Shown here in pieces: positions 26,780-36,911 of a stretch of 64,000 nucleotides of DNA. The notes under the pieces were generated by a model. The model saw only the letters and a program-made list of their open reading frames with translations, made no database searches and was not told where the DNA came from. Position 1 is the stretch's first letter. The number at the start of each line of letters is the position of its first letter. The translations under genes were made by a program, and so were the position numbers. The DNA lies in UHGV virus genome UHGV-1376660, one strand, 5' to 3'. The DNA comes from a virus.

Positions 26780-29095
26780 TCAGATTTTGCACGCGCCATC
26801 GCACTCATCTTCTGGCTCAACAACCTCCGCAGCGGAAGGTTCTGACACCTGATCGTCGTCATCACGCTTACCAGCGCCATCACGCGTGTTGTGGTAATAA
26901 AGCGTCTTCACACCTTGCTGATACGCAAACAGCAGGTCTTCCAGCAGCTTCATCATTGGAACCTTATCGCCAGGGAAGCGAGTCGGGTCGTAGTTGGTGT
27001 TCGCAGAGATGGCCTGATCGAAGAACTTCTGAATAATGGCCACCTTAGTCAGATAGCCGCGGTTATCCGGCATATCCCACAGGTACTCGTACTGGTCTTT
27101 CAGTTGCGCGAAGTCCGGAACGACCATCTTCACGATGCCGTCTTTGGAAGACTTCACGGACACCGGGCCGCGTGGCGGCTCAATACCATTGGTGGAGTTG
27201 GTGATCTGGCTGGACGTCTCACACGGCATTTGCGCTGTAAGAGTGGAGTTACGCAGACCATGCTCACGGATACGGCCACGCAGTTCTTCCCACGGCATTT
27301 TCAGCTCGAAAGAGGTCTCCGGGTTGGTATCCAGCGTTTTGCGATAGTGGTCGACTGGCAGCTGGCCCTGTGCATATTTGGTGTGGGAGAACCAGTCACA
27401 TGCACCTTTCGCTTCAGCCAGTCGGCAGCTCGCATCGAGCAGGTAGTACTGAATGGCTTCGAAGGTCTCATGCACCAGCTGGTTGCCCGCAGCGTCAGAG
27501 TAGTTAAAGCCGTTCTTCGCCAGATAGTAGGCAAAGTTGGTCACACCAATACCCAGACTACGACGAGCTTTAGCCGGGATTTCTGCAGCAGCCATCGGGT
27601 AGTCCTGATAGTCGAGCAGAGAGTCCAGTGCCGCCACAGCGTAGAACGCCACGTCTTTCAGTGAGTCCAACGTGCGGATCGCACCCAGGTTAAACGCAGA
27701 CAGAGTGCAAAGCGCGATTTCCCCGTTCGGATCGTCAGTGAACGCCAGTGGCTTGGTCGGTAGCGTGATCTCCATGCAGAGATTGGACTGGTGTACCGGT
27801 GCAATTTCCGGAACGAATGCGCCGTGATCGTTCATGTGGTCGACGTTGGCAATATAAACACGACCAGTGGAGGCACGCTCCTGCATCAGCGTAGAGAACA
27901 GGTCGACGGCCGGGATAGATTTCTTACGAATGCTCTCGTCGGCTTCGTACTTCAGGTACAGCTCTTCGAACTTGTCCTGATCAACAAAGAACGCGTCGTA
28001 CAGGCCCGGCACATCGTGTGGGCTGAACAGCGTAATATTTTCGTTGCGCACCAGGCGGCGATACATCAGACGGTTAATCATCACGCCATAGTCGAGATGA
28101 CGAACGCGGTTCTCTTCAATGCCACGGTTGTTTTTCAGTACCAGCAGACTTTCAACTTCCAAGTGCCAGATCGGATAGAACGCTGTAGCAGCGCCGCCGC
28201 GAACACCGCCCTGAGAGCAGGATTTCACAGCTGTCTGGAAGTGTTTCAGGAATGGAATAACGCCAGTGTGGGTGGCCTCGCCATTGCGGATCTCACTGCC
28301 CAGCGCACGCAGACGCCCAAAACCAATACCAATGCCCGCGCGACGTGACACGTAGTCGATGATTGCGGAAGACGCAGCGCTAATACCTTTCAGACTATCA
28401 GCAGCTTCAATCAGCACGCAGCTGGAGAACTGGCGAGTAGGGGTGCGCACGCCGGCCATAATTGGCGTTGGCAGAGACAGCTTGAATGTACTGGTCACAT
28501 CGTAGAAGCCCTTAACCATCTCCAGACGCGTCTTACCGGCGCAGCCATCTTCCCAATTCTGGAACAGGCACATGCCGACCAGCATGTAGAGTTGCTGTGG
28601 CCCTTCGTAGATAGCGCCAGTTACACGGTTTTGAACGAGATACTTGCTCGCCAGCTGCACGGTGGCGGCATAGCCGAAGTATTCGTCGCGCTTAGGCTTG
28701 ATGTACACGCCCAGCTCGGCAATTTCTTCCTGAGAGTAGTACTTGAGAAGGTCTTCATCGTAAACGCCACGACTGACGTTGCTGACGATGTGATTGTAGA
28801 AATTCGGGTAGTCATACTGGCCGAAGGCGTCCTTGCGGATCTTGAACAGGCTCAGTCGCGCGGCAACCTGCGAGTAGTTCGGGGTTTCCGGAGAGATCAG
28901 ATCGGCAGCGGACTTCACCAGCGCCTCATGCAGCTGGCAGGTGGTCATTCCGTCGAAAATGCTGGCAGCAGCGCCCATAGCGACAGCAGACGCGCTAACG
29001 TTGCGAATGTTTTCGACTCCCCACATCACAACGCGGTTGTATTTTTCCTCTGACAACGGCTCAGTGGAACCGTTACGTTTTACGATGCTTATCAT
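26780..29095 (-). CDS. nrdA: ribonucleotide reductase class Ia alpha subunit
   Basis: 771 aa with an ATP-cone N-terminus, the NLCMEITLP active-site region and C-terminal cysteines. Confidence 0.9.
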   Translation of the reverse strand: MISIVKRNGSTEPLSEEKYNRVVMWGVENIRNVSASAVAMGAAASIFDGMTTCQLHEALVKSAADLISPETPNYSQVAARLSLFKIRKDAFGQYDYPNFYNHIVSNVSRGVYDEDLLKYYSQEEIAELGVYIKPKRDEYFGYAATVQLASKYLVQNRVTGAIYEGPQQLYMLVGMCLFQNWEDGCAGKTRLEMVKGFYDVTSTFKLSLPTPIMAGVRTPTRQFSSCVLIEAADSLKGISAASSAIIDYVSRRAGIGIGFGRLRALGSEIRNGEATHTGVIPFLKHFQTAVKSCSQGGVRGGAATAFYPIWHLEVESLLVLKNNRGIEENRVRHLDYGVMINRLMYRRLVRNENITLFSPHDVPGLYDAFFVDQDKFEELYLKYEADESIRKKSIPAVDLFSTLMQERASTGRVYIANVDHMNDHGAFVPEIAPVHQSNLCMEITLPTKPLAFTDDPNGEIALCTLSAFNLGAIRTLDSLKDVAFYAVAALDSLLDYQDYPMAAAEIPAKARRSLGIGVTNFAYYLAKNGFNYSDAAGNQLVHETFEAIQYYLLDASCRLAEAKGACDWFSHTKYAQGQLPVDHYRKTLDTNPETSFELKMPWEELRGRIREHGLRNSTLTAQMPCETSSQITNSTNGIEPPRGPVSVKSSKDGIVKMVVPDFAQLKDQYEYLWDMPDNRGYLTKVAIIQKFFDQAISANTNYDPTRFPGDKVPMMKLLEDLLFAYQQGVKTLYYHNTRDGAGKRDDDDQVSEPSAAEVVEPEDECDGACKI

Positions 29096-29112
29096 GTATC
29101 ACCCAATAAAAA

Positions 29113-29132
29113 AGGCCACTAAATATAGTGGC
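29113..29132 (-). terminator. hairpin GGCCACTAAATATAGTGGCC with T6 on the minus strand, located between a class 2 palindrome and the nrdA start
   Basis: Order on the minus strand is resolvase stop, class 2 palindrome (29141-29166), hairpin plus T-run, then nrdA RBS and ATG. Confidence 0.5.
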
Positions 29133-29140
29133 CTCATGTT

Positions 29141-29166
29141 AATAGATAAGTACTTACCTATCAATT
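29141..29166. promoter_or_regulatory. class 2 palindrome (ATAGATAAGTACTTACCTATCA) between the RuvC-like gene and nrdA
   Basis: Member of the class 2 family. Confidence 0.55.
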
Positions 29167-29172
29167 ACCGAC

Positions 29173-29742
29173 TTATAAAATTCCTGCAAGAACATCGCGA
29201 ACCTGACGGAATTGATCTGTTTGCATACCGGTGTAAATCGACGCGACAGCGTCCGCAAGGTGCTCGTTTTTATTCACCAGCACTTCCTTACCAGATTGCT
29301 TCCGGCGCAACCACGGGGCGTTTGGCTGCTTCTGCGTAGCCCACTGAATGATCTCTTCCTTCGACGTGGTCAGCTTATTCCCGACATAGTGCTTAATCTC
29401 GTTTGGCGTGACCTGTATCAGTGGCTTATCCACGCACGCCAGTACACCAATGCAGATGCCGTATGAGGTTTGTGCGCGACTGGACTGGCTACCAACCGGC
29501 AACTCGCAAAACACCATATGAGCCTGCTCGATTATGGGCTTGGCGGTACGCCAGATTTCGTTAGCGCGGCGCAGATCGTCGCTGTTAACGCGAACCGTCT
29601 TCTTGTTTCCACCAGCTTTGGTTTCCACCAATGTCAGGCCATGAATGTCCAGCTTATCCGTTTCCAGATCCAGCGTGCCAATCGCCAGGCCAAAATTGCT
29701 CATTGAAGGGTCGACGCCGACCACACGAATGGTTTTACTCAT
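29173..29742 (-). CDS. RuvC-like Holliday junction resolvase
   Basis: IRVVGVDPSMSNFGLAIG (RuvC motif I) and HLADAVASIY (C-terminal catalytic region); AAGGAG RBS. Confidence 0.6.
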   Translation of the reverse strand: MSKTIRVVGVDPSMSNFGLAIGTLDLETDKLDIHGLTLVETKAGGNKKTVRVNSDDLRRANEIWRTAKPIIEQAHMVFCELPVGSQSSRAQTSYGICIGVLACVDKPLIQVTPNEIKHYVGNKLTTSKEEIIQWATQKQPNAPWLRRKQSGKEVLVNKNEHLADAVASIYTGMQTDQFRQVRDVLAGIL

Positions 29743-29753
29743 TTTTGGTCTCC

Positions 29754-30500
29754 TTACCACGTAGCCCAGGTTGGGCATTCCATTAGTTTCTGTTCAAGTG
29801 TCTTCTCCGGCTCGCGAGTTGGCGGCTTCGGAATGTCGCTAACAACATGAATGCTATCGTTGGTTAGAACGCCTGCAGCAATATCTGCATCAATCATGCT
29901 CTGGCCGATGAAATGCCGCATGATGTCGATCAGATGGCGTGCAGCCGTTTCATTCGCGCTGAATACATGGGGGAGAAGAACTTCAATAACCGCTACTTCA
30001 CATCCCTCCTCGTAAAAGCAGAGTTTCGCCCGCTTTGAAATTGGCGCGTGTCGGTCATAGTCAACAGAGAAGCTGGCGAAAGCAGCACCAGGCATTGCAA
30101 CGTGATCCGCGCGTGCGTTAGCGTGTCGAATCAGATTAGTGAATGCGGTGCTGATGTGCGTCTCCATCGCATTGAAGAGCGCATTTTCTTGGATGTTCAG
30201 CGTTCCGGTTTCAGGAATCACAACGAACCCCGGCCCAGAATGTGGGAGATATCCACCTTCCGTAAATGGATTAATAAGGATCGGCGCAGTGCTTCCTGAC
30301 GGCAGCATAGACAAACTCGGCATCAACGGAGTCGATGACAACAGACTGGTTAATACCGAGAACTGGTCGTCATTGATGTTTTCGTTTTTCCACAAAAGTG
30401 CAGGCGCAGCTGCTTTTGCCGTATGGTGGTTTATCAGCTTTATAGACTGCATCACGGCAAACATCTGCAAAAACTGCGTGCGGCTCAAGTTAAACGACAT
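29754..30500 (-). CDS. hypothetical protein (248 aa)
   Basis: ATG at 30500 with an AGAGGG RBS. Confidence 0.55.
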   Translation of the reverse strand: MSFNLSRTQFLQMFAVMQSIKLINHHTAKAAAPALLWKNENINDDQFSVLTSLLSSTPLMPSLSMLPSGSTAPILINPFTEGGYLPHSGPGFVVIPETGTLNIQENALFNAMETHISTAFTNLIRHANARADHVAMPGAAFASFSVDYDRHAPISKRAKLCFYEEGCEVAVIEVLLPHVFSANETAARHLIDIMRHFIGQSMIDADIAAGVLTNDSIHVVSDIPKPPTREPEKTLEQKLMECPTWATW

Positions 30501-32406
30501 AGCTGCGACCCTCTTTGACTTCGACTGTGATGGTTTCCCGGAACCACGATTTCATCTCTTTGTGGGAGATGATCATCACTGTGCCGCGTTCACGCGCTTT
30601 GGCTTCCAGAATCCCCATGAGACGCTCCAGACCGGCAGTGTCGAGCGCGTCGTCAATTTCATCGCCGATAAACAGCTCGATATTCTTACTGGCGCGACTG
30701 GCAACCAGATCCTGCAAGGCAAGAGAGCACGCAATGCGTACCTTACGCTTCTCGCCACCAGACAACGTCTGGAAGGATTTGCTGGAGCCTGTTTTGGTTA
30801 CGCTGATATTGAATTTGTCGCGATACTCGCCTTTCTTCGTTGTCTCCATTGTCGACCATTCGGCAACGATATTGCCGTCCGACAGCGTGTTGAGATACTC
30901 CGCAGTCCTGATGTTCAGGAAAGGTGTAACAGACGTCAGGATGTGTGAACGCACGCCTGCTGGGGAGTAAACCTGGCGAGCTTTCTCCAGCAACAGAGCC
31001 TGTTCCTGAATGCTTTTTAACTCTTTTTTAAGTACTGCATGATTAGATTTATTGGCAGCCAGGTTGTCTTCATGGCGCTTAATGACAGCCAGAAATGGGT
31101 TTACCTCTGCCATGATGCGATTCACGTCAGTACGCGCCCGCGCCACCATCGCTTCGACGGCCACAACTTCACGTTCTCGATGACGCAGCGCACTTAGCTC
31201 ATTGGTCAGGCGTTCGATTCTGGCGATGATTTCTGAGACGTCGGGTGTGGCTGCGACCAGTGCAGACTCGATGCCGAGCGCTTTCTCAAGACGAGCTTTG
31301 TGTTGAGCCACTGCCGCTGCTGATGCCTGCGCCTGGCCGATCTCATTACGCGCTTGTTCAATGAAACTCTCCTTCACGGTGGACAAATCTTCTTCGCAGT
31401 AGGGCTTTCCGCACGTAACACAAGGTGCTCCGACCTTTGTGTTGACCTCTTCTGCTTTGGTTTTAAACGAGCGAGCACGGTTCATGGACTCGTTCTGTGC
31501 CGCTTCTGAAGTGCGGATGCTTGAGCGGATCTCCGTAATCGCACCGCGCACCTTCAGCAGTTTGGCGTCATGCTCTTCTTTGGAGGCCAGCTTGCTGCGT
31601 TCGCCAGCAATCGCGTTTTCCGTATCCCGGATCTGTTCCGGCAGCGAGCGAATTTCCATCACGACTTCAGACAGCGTTACCTCCGCGCCAGCCAAATCGA
31701 CGCGGGCCTTGTCCAGACGTTCGCCGCGATCGCGCTCCCAACTATCAGAGGACGCTTTGGCCGCCTCAATCTCTGACTGCGCGGTCTCGATAAGCGTGAG
31801 ACAGGCGTCCATTTTGGATTTGGTAACATCCATGCGTGCGGCAGCTGCATTAGCACGCTCGCGAGCAATGGCATAGGCTCGCGTTAACCGGTCGACGCCA
31901 GCGGCTTCTTCAACGATGGTTTTGAGGTTCTTGTCGGACATACCCGGCAGATCAGGCATTGCTTCCTGACTGGCGTAGATGGACGCCATGAACACCTCTT
32001 TCGATGCACCAATCAGGCGTTCAACGAACTCCTGCGTCAGTGTGTCTTTGCCTTTGGTCATATCACCGTCTTCGCCACGAACGATCAGCCGGTTCTTGAA
32101 CTCTTTGTGTTTGCGGTGGCGAATGATGGCGTAACGCTTTCCTTCATCCTCAACAGTCACCATCACGCGACAGTTTTTCTCGTGGCCTGTAGAGAGCACG
32201 TCGTCACCTTTGACGCCATGCGCAGTTTCGCCATACAGACACCACATCAGGCTGTTCATCAAAGTCGATTTGCCCGCGCCATTGCTGGCAGCGGAAGAGT
32301 CGCCACTGTTAACCCCCTGAATGAGCACCAGACCGCGTTGGTCTAACTCAACTTCGGCGCTGGCTAACGCCATGAAGTTCTCAACCTGGAGCTTTAGAAA
32401 TTTCAT
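30490..32406 (-). CDS. sbcC: SbcC/Rad50-like ATPase (T4 gp46-like)
   Basis: Walker A GAGKST, long coiled coil with a CVTCGKPY zinc hook, and LSGGEKRKV signature plus Walker B. Confidence 0.8.
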   Translation of the reverse strand: MKFLKLQVENFMALASAEVELDQRGLVLIQGVNSGDSSAASNGAGKSTLMNSLMWCLYGETAHGVKGDDVLSTGHEKNCRVMVTVEDEGKRYAIIRHRKHKEFKNRLIVRGEDGDMTKGKDTLTQEFVERLIGASKEVFMASIYASQEAMPDLPGMSDKNLKTIVEEAAGVDRLTRAYAIARERANAAAARMDVTKSKMDACLTLIETAQSEIEAAKASSDSWERDRGERLDKARVDLAGAEVTLSEVVMEIRSLPEQIRDTENAIAGERSKLASKEEHDAKLLKVRGAITEIRSSIRTSEAAQNESMNRARSFKTKAEEVNTKVGAPCVTCGKPYCEEDLSTVKESFIEQARNEIGQAQASAAAVAQHKARLEKALGIESALVAATPDVSEIIARIERLTNELSALRHREREVVAVEAMVARARTDVNRIMAEVNPFLAVIKRHEDNLAANKSNHAVLKKELKSIQEQALLLEKARQVYSPAGVRSHILTSVTPFLNIRTAEYLNTLSDGNIVAEWSTMETTKKGEYRDKFNISVTKTGSSKSFQTLSGGEKRKVRIACSLALQDLVASRASKNIELFIGDEIDDALDTAGLERLMGILEAKARERGTVMIISHKEMKSWFRETITVEVKEGRSYVV

Positions 32407-32594
32407 ACAATGCCTCTAACTTTTTGATTCAAATGCTGGCCTTTTCGCAGTTGAAACTCCGTGTGGGCTGGGAAAGATCGGCGTTTCAGTACGCCTTGTT
32501 TGCTCAGTCTTCCCAGATAAAACGCCACAGGGTTTCCGTTGGGTGGGTAGGGCTTGTGGAACATCACCGTCTGGCCTCGTTCAAGTCTTTTCAT
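32403..32594 (-). CDS. possible small ORF between sbcD and sbcC (63-92 aa)
   Basis: Track ORF 32403..32681 overlaps the sbcD 3' end; no good RBS. Confidence 0.2.
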   Translation of the reverse strand: MKRLERGQTVMFHKPYPPNGNPVAFYLGRLSKQGVLKRRSFPAHTEFQLRKGQHLNQKVRGIV

Positions 32595-32635
32595 CGTGGA
32601 GATGAAGTCCCGAAAGCTCCCAGAATGGCTCGTAC

Positions 32636-33721
32636 TCACATTGCCTCCGCACTCTCCGCTTCGGTCAGGATCTCCTGACACAGCATGTCCAGCTTGCTCA
32701 GGTCGAAGCCGCCGTCAGTGTCGTGAACGATCTTGCAGTACGCCGCGACGGACTCGCCCAGGCTGTCTATTTTGCTGGTCTCCGCAGTACTGGCAGTGCC
32801 TTCCATCATCGATGCCTTGCGGATGAAGTTGCAGACGACACCCTTCGCGCCCATTGTTTTCAGGACGTTCTGGATTTTGATGCCCTCTTCATCGCTCTCC
32901 ACAACGGCACGGAAGCGCACGTAGTTACCGCGAATTTGGTCGTCTTCCACATCGTCCTCAAGGTTGACGAACTTGGGTGCGGAGGTTTCGTGGTGGGTGA
33001 ATGTGCCGTCAGGGTTGACGATCATGAAGCCAGCCAGCGAACCAACATCGCCCCAATTCTGGTGCGTCAGCGCCCCGATGCTAACCACTCCAGGCAGCAC
33101 TTCTTTGTGGTTGTGGTAGTGTCCGGACAGCAACAAACGGAAGCCGATATCTTTCAGTTCCTGTGCGTCGATGCCGACATCTGGCATGGTGGGGATCGCT
33201 TTGTTGATCGAGGTATGCACAACGACATCGTGATTGTCGCCATCCAGCCCGGAACGCAGTGTTTTGAGGTCGCTGATAAGCTCTGCGTGATTATTGCGCC
33301 AGCTAATCAGGTGGACGGTTACGTCGCCCATTTTGATGGAGTGAGGACGTTTGCCGCAGACGATTTCCACACCGATTGAGCGCAGAGAGGCCGCTGCATT
33401 GGCGCTGTATACGGAATCGTTGGTTTCGAGGTCGTGGTTGCCGGCCAGCATGACCACTTCGAGGCCCAACTCTTTGATGATCCACTCGTAAGTTTCGGTC
33501 ACGAAATGCAGGACGGAAGGCGATATAGCACCACGAACATGGAAAGTATCACCAGCCACCAGCATGTGCTTGCAGCCCGCAGCTTTCATGGCTTTGGCAG
33601 CTTCTTTCGTGGCGTCCAGTTGGATCTCCAGTCGAGAGTTCAGCCCGTCAGCGTTTGTTGTCGCAAAAGCATCCCAACGATGATAATGGGGATCTGATAT
33701 CACCCCGTATGGCAATGTCAT
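32636..33721 (-). CDS. sbcD: SbcD/Mre11-like nuclease (T4 gp47-like)
   Basis: Calcineurin-like phosphoesterase motifs DPHY, GDTFH and GNHD; AAGGAAAAG RBS. Confidence 0.8.
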   Translation of the reverse strand: MTLPYGVISDPHYHRWDAFATTNADGLNSRLEIQLDATKEAAKAMKAAGCKHMLVAGDTFHVRGAISPSVLHFVTETYEWIIKELGLEVVMLAGNHDLETNDSVYSANAAASLRSIGVEIVCGKRPHSIKMGDVTVHLISWRNNHAELISDLKTLRSGLDGDNHDVVVHTSINKAIPTMPDVGIDAQELKDIGFRLLLSGHYHNHKEVLPGVVSIGALTHQNWGDVGSLAGFMIVNPDGTFTHHETSAPKFVNLEDDVEDDQIRGNYVRFRAVVESDEEGIKIQNVLKTMGAKGVVCNFIRKASMMEGTASTAETSKIDSLGESVAAYCKIVHDTDGGFDLSKLDMLCQEILTEAESAEAM

Positions 33722-33896
33722 GTGTCTTTTCCTTTGTGGTTATTTTGATACAGATGTTAAGCGTGTTTGAGAGGCGAGCAACCCAGACAACACGGCACAG
33801 AAGAAAATCTACAGGCACACGATTATGACAAAATATATAAGTAAATACCTACTTATTTTTATGGTGATGACAATATCTCAACCGTATGGGGGCTTA

Positions 33897-34391
33897 TTAC
33901 TTCGGATCGCGAAACAGCATCTGCGTGCCTTTGGGGGACGTGTCGAAAAGGTGAAAACCTCTGCGTTTTAGCATGTCGGCCATTTGCGAGGATTTGACGT
34001 AGCACTTCGCCATCATCGGCTGGCTCGGGTTTGAATCGATCATGTCGGACACCAGCATTGACCCATAGCCTTTCCCGCGCAGCTCTTTGACGATACTGAC
34101 GGCACGGAGTTCAAGTCGTGGCGCACCGGTTGGATCGAGTGCGGCACAGAACCAGATTAGCCCTGCTTTTTTGTCATCAGAACGGCGCAGCAGGATGTAG
34201 ATATAATGCCCGGAGTATTGGCCCTGCTCGTTCGTCTGGATGGCCAGCCTGGTCTGCTTCTCAAAGGTTTTACCACCCTTTGATGTGAGGATCTCTTCGT
34301 AGAAGTGACCCTTGCGTGCGCCGTCTTCGAACTCACCCATGATAAATGGCATGTCTGCCACAGTTGCTGCCCTTGAATAAAATTCACTCAT
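33897..34391 (-). CDS. GNAT-family N-acetyltransferase
   Basis: RGKGYGSMLV acetyl-CoA binding motif A. Confidence 0.6.
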   Translation of the reverse strand: MSEFYSRAATVADMPFIMGEFEDGARKGHFYEEILTSKGGKTFEKQTRLAIQTNEQGQYSGHYIYILLRRSDDKKAGLIWFCAALDPTGAPRLELRAVSIVKELRGKGYGSMLVSDMIDSNPSQPMMAKCYVKSSQMADMLKRRGFHLFDTSPKGTQMLFRDPK

Positions 34392-34466
34392 GTATTAATC
34401 CCTAAAGCTCTCAGTGTCTTTCTAAGACACCATATTTTATGCCCCGGTAAAACCATGAGTTTACGT

Positions 34467-35111
34467 TTAAAACGTCTCAGGGGGCTTCTGACGCGCTACG
34501 CTGATGTCGATTACCCCAGCTTTTGGGCGAGGGTCGACAAGATTCAACTCTTCAGCGCTGTGATACTCCGTATCGAACTCCCGATCGACATGGCGAATGT
34601 AGATGGCCGTGAGAAGGCTGTCGTCGTTCAGGAAGTGTCCGTAGGATTTGCGGATCACTTCGCCAACCTTCTCGATCTTCTCCCCACCCATGCAAAGATG
34701 GTTAAACCGGCTATGTTTCCGCAGCATCTCATCCACCGGGCCGGAGTAGACCTTATCGACTCTCCCGAACCGGATGATATTTCCAGTATCAGCCTCAACC
34801 AGACAAACGAGCTTGCCAGGTTCGACCCGGTCTCGCCATGTTACACCAGAGCGGAGTGTGTTGAAGTAGGGAGCGTCTAATCCGATGATCGGTTTACGAA
34901 ATGCCAGCAGTGGCACGTAACGTATGCAGCTGTTCAGGTGGAAGTGCGCACCGGCGTCGTGGAGTTTGAGCCGGGTTTCGTTAATCGGGCACTTCGACGC
35001 AATGCCACACAGGTCGCAGAGCAACTTCTGTTTGTTCAGGCTAGTGTTCGATTCAATAGTGTAGGAGCCATCTTCAAGACGGCGAACCCAGCGCGTGCGT
35101 TTGAGATCCAT
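34467..35111 (-). CDS. hypothetical protein (214 aa)
   Basis: Long ORF with no clear RBS. Confidence 0.45.
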   Translation of the reverse strand: MDLKRTRWVRRLEDGSYTIESNTSLNKQKLLCDLCGIASKCPINETRLKLHDAGAHFHLNSCIRYVPLLAFRKPIIGLDAPYFNTLRSGVTWRDRVEPGKLVCLVEADTGNIIRFGRVDKVYSGPVDEMLRKHSRFNHLCMGGEKIEKVGEVIRKSYGHFLNDDSLLTAIYIRHVDREFDTEYHSAEELNLVDPRPKAGVIDISVARQKPPETF

Positions 35112-35197
35112 AATTCTTATTCAAATAGTTTTGTCCGGGGCAACGATAACTGACAAGGCGCACCGATGTTTGCAAATGCCTGTTTTACTTATACCCA

Positions 35198-35420
35198 TTA
35201 TTCACAGGACCGATCCAATAATTAGATCCCCAGAGAGATCCTACAGAAGATCAAAAGAGATCCCCGATCGTCTCAAGCCGTTGCGGTTACTGGCCTGAGA
35301 GGGGGTTACTATCCACTATGGGGAGGAAAGTAACCTCTGTAGAGAGCATAATAACCGCTATGAAGAGCAAAACAACCTCTCTGGAGAGTGGTCGGTATCC
35401 ACTGTAGTGAGTAGGAGACA
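35198..35420. promoter_or_regulatory. origin-like module copy 1: DnaA box TTATTCACA, a cluster of 6 GATC sites (35212-35275), then 5 iterons
   Basis: Architecture matches P1 oriR (DnaA box, Dam sites, 5 incC iterons). Iteron consensus is approximately CTATCCACTGTAGAGAGTAG. Confidence 0.6.
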
Positions 35421-35572
35421 TTGTCTTAACTGGATAACTCAGTGCCTGTATTTCTACGTCAGGTGGCTGATATTCATAGAGATGTTGGAAGGTTTGCGTT
35501 CAGGCGTGTTTGTTTCGACCACACATTATCCCCAGAAGGGGAGTAATGGCTGGTTTTGCAATTACCTGATTT

Positions 35573-35830
35573 TTATACACAGGCCCGATCCAGTAATTCA
35601 GATCCCAAAGAGAACCAAAGAGACCCACAAAGACCCAAAAAGATCCCCGCACCCCGCAAACCGTTGTGCCACATGGCTTTAGAGGTGATCACTATCCACT
35701 ATAGAGAGAAGATCAGCCACTATGAAGAGCAAACCAACCACTGTAGAGAGTAGAAAAACCACTATAGGCGGTAGGATAACCGCTGTGATGAGTGCTACTA
35801 TCCACTGTAATCAGTAAAGGCCACCAAAGC
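35573..35830. promoter_or_regulatory. origin-like module copy 2: DnaA box TTATACACA, degenerate GATC cluster, 6 iterons abutting repA
   Basis: Tandem duplicate of copy 1. GATC sites are partly mutated to GAACC/GACCC. Confidence 0.6.
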
Positions 35831-35855
35831 CGTCGAATAAAAAGAGACATTTGGA

Positions 35856-36911
35856 ATGAGCGAAAACGGCAATAAAAACATAGCGATCGTTGAAGCATTC
35901 TCAGAAACAGACAAAAAGTCCGGCGAAGTTGTTACGTTGGTTCCTAACACCAACAACACAGTTCAGCCCGTTGCTCTGATGCGTCTTGGTCTCTTCGTTC
36001 CGACGCTGAAATCGACCTCCAGGGGCAGAAAGGGGCAAATGGTCTCTATGGACGCCTCTGCTGAACTCAAACAGCTGTCTCTGGCAAAAGCCGAAGGGTA
36101 TGAGGACATAAGGATCTCTGGCGTTCGTCTGGATATGGATAACGACTTCAAAACGTGGGTAGGCATCATCCACGCGTTCGCCAAGCACAAGGTTGTTGGC
36201 GACACTGTCACGTTACCGTTTGTCGAGTTCGTCAGGCTTTGTGGCATACCAACGGCCAGATCATCCGCGAAGTTACGTAAGCGCCTGGACAGTTCTCTAA
36301 CCCGTATCGCCACAAACACTATCTCATTCCGCACTAAAGGCTCTGAAGAGTATTACGTGACGCACCTTGTGCAGACAGCAAAGTACAGCACCAAGAATGA
36401 CACGGTCTCGCTGCAGGCTGATCCTAAGATTTTCGAACTCTACCAGTTCGACAAAAAGGTTCTTCTGCAACTCCGGGCAATCAACGAACTCTCCAGAAAA
36501 GAATCCGCGCAGGCGCTCTACACCTTCATCGAAAGTTTGCCACCTGACCCGGCACCAATCTCGTTGGCTCGCTTACGCGCCAGACTTAACTTAACCAGCC
36601 GCACCATTACCCAGAACGCGACAGTCAGGAAGGCGATGGAACAGCTGCGGGAGATCGGCTATCTCGATTACACCGAAGTGAAGCGCGGCAGCTCGGTCTA
36701 CTTCATCATCCACTATAGGCGGCCGAAGTTACGCCCGGCATTGCCACCAGTTAAAGCTGCGTCGGAAGAACCAGAAGACATCTTGCCTGGTGATGATCAG
36801 GAGGACATTATCGATGTTGTTCCTGAAGAAAAAGACGGTGAGATGGTCATGCTGAGCAAGGAAGAACTGGCGATTCTCGAAGAGCTGCGCAAGGCAAAGG
36901 CTCGCAAATAG
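35856..36911 (+). CDS. repA: plasmid replication initiator RepA (P1 / RepFIB type)
   Basis: [42 protein letters not shown] and IGYLDY blocks match P1 RepA from memory; iterons on both sides. Confidence 0.85.
   Translation: MSENGNKNIAIVEAFSETDKKSGEVVTLVPNTNNTVQPVALMRLGLFVPTLKSTSRGRKGQMVSMDASAELKQLSLAKAEGYEDIRISGVRLDMDNDFKTWVGIIHAFAKHKVVGDTVTLPFVEFVRLCGIPTARSSAKLRKRLDSSLTRIATNTISFRTKGSEEYYVTHLVQTAKYSTKNDTVSLQADPKIFELYQFDKKVLLQLRAINELSRKESAQALYTFIESLPPDPAPISLARLRARLNLTSRTITQNATVRKAMEQLREIGYLDYTEVKRGSSVYFIIHYRRPKLRPALPPVKAASEEPEDILPGDDQEDIIDVVPEEKDGEMVMLSKEELAILEELRKAKARK

Noticed and set aside
35407-35682. 91 aa plus-strand ORF between the two origin copies
   Set aside because: It spans AT-rich origin DNA and the DnaA box/GATC cluster, has no RBS, and sits inside the duplicated origin unit.
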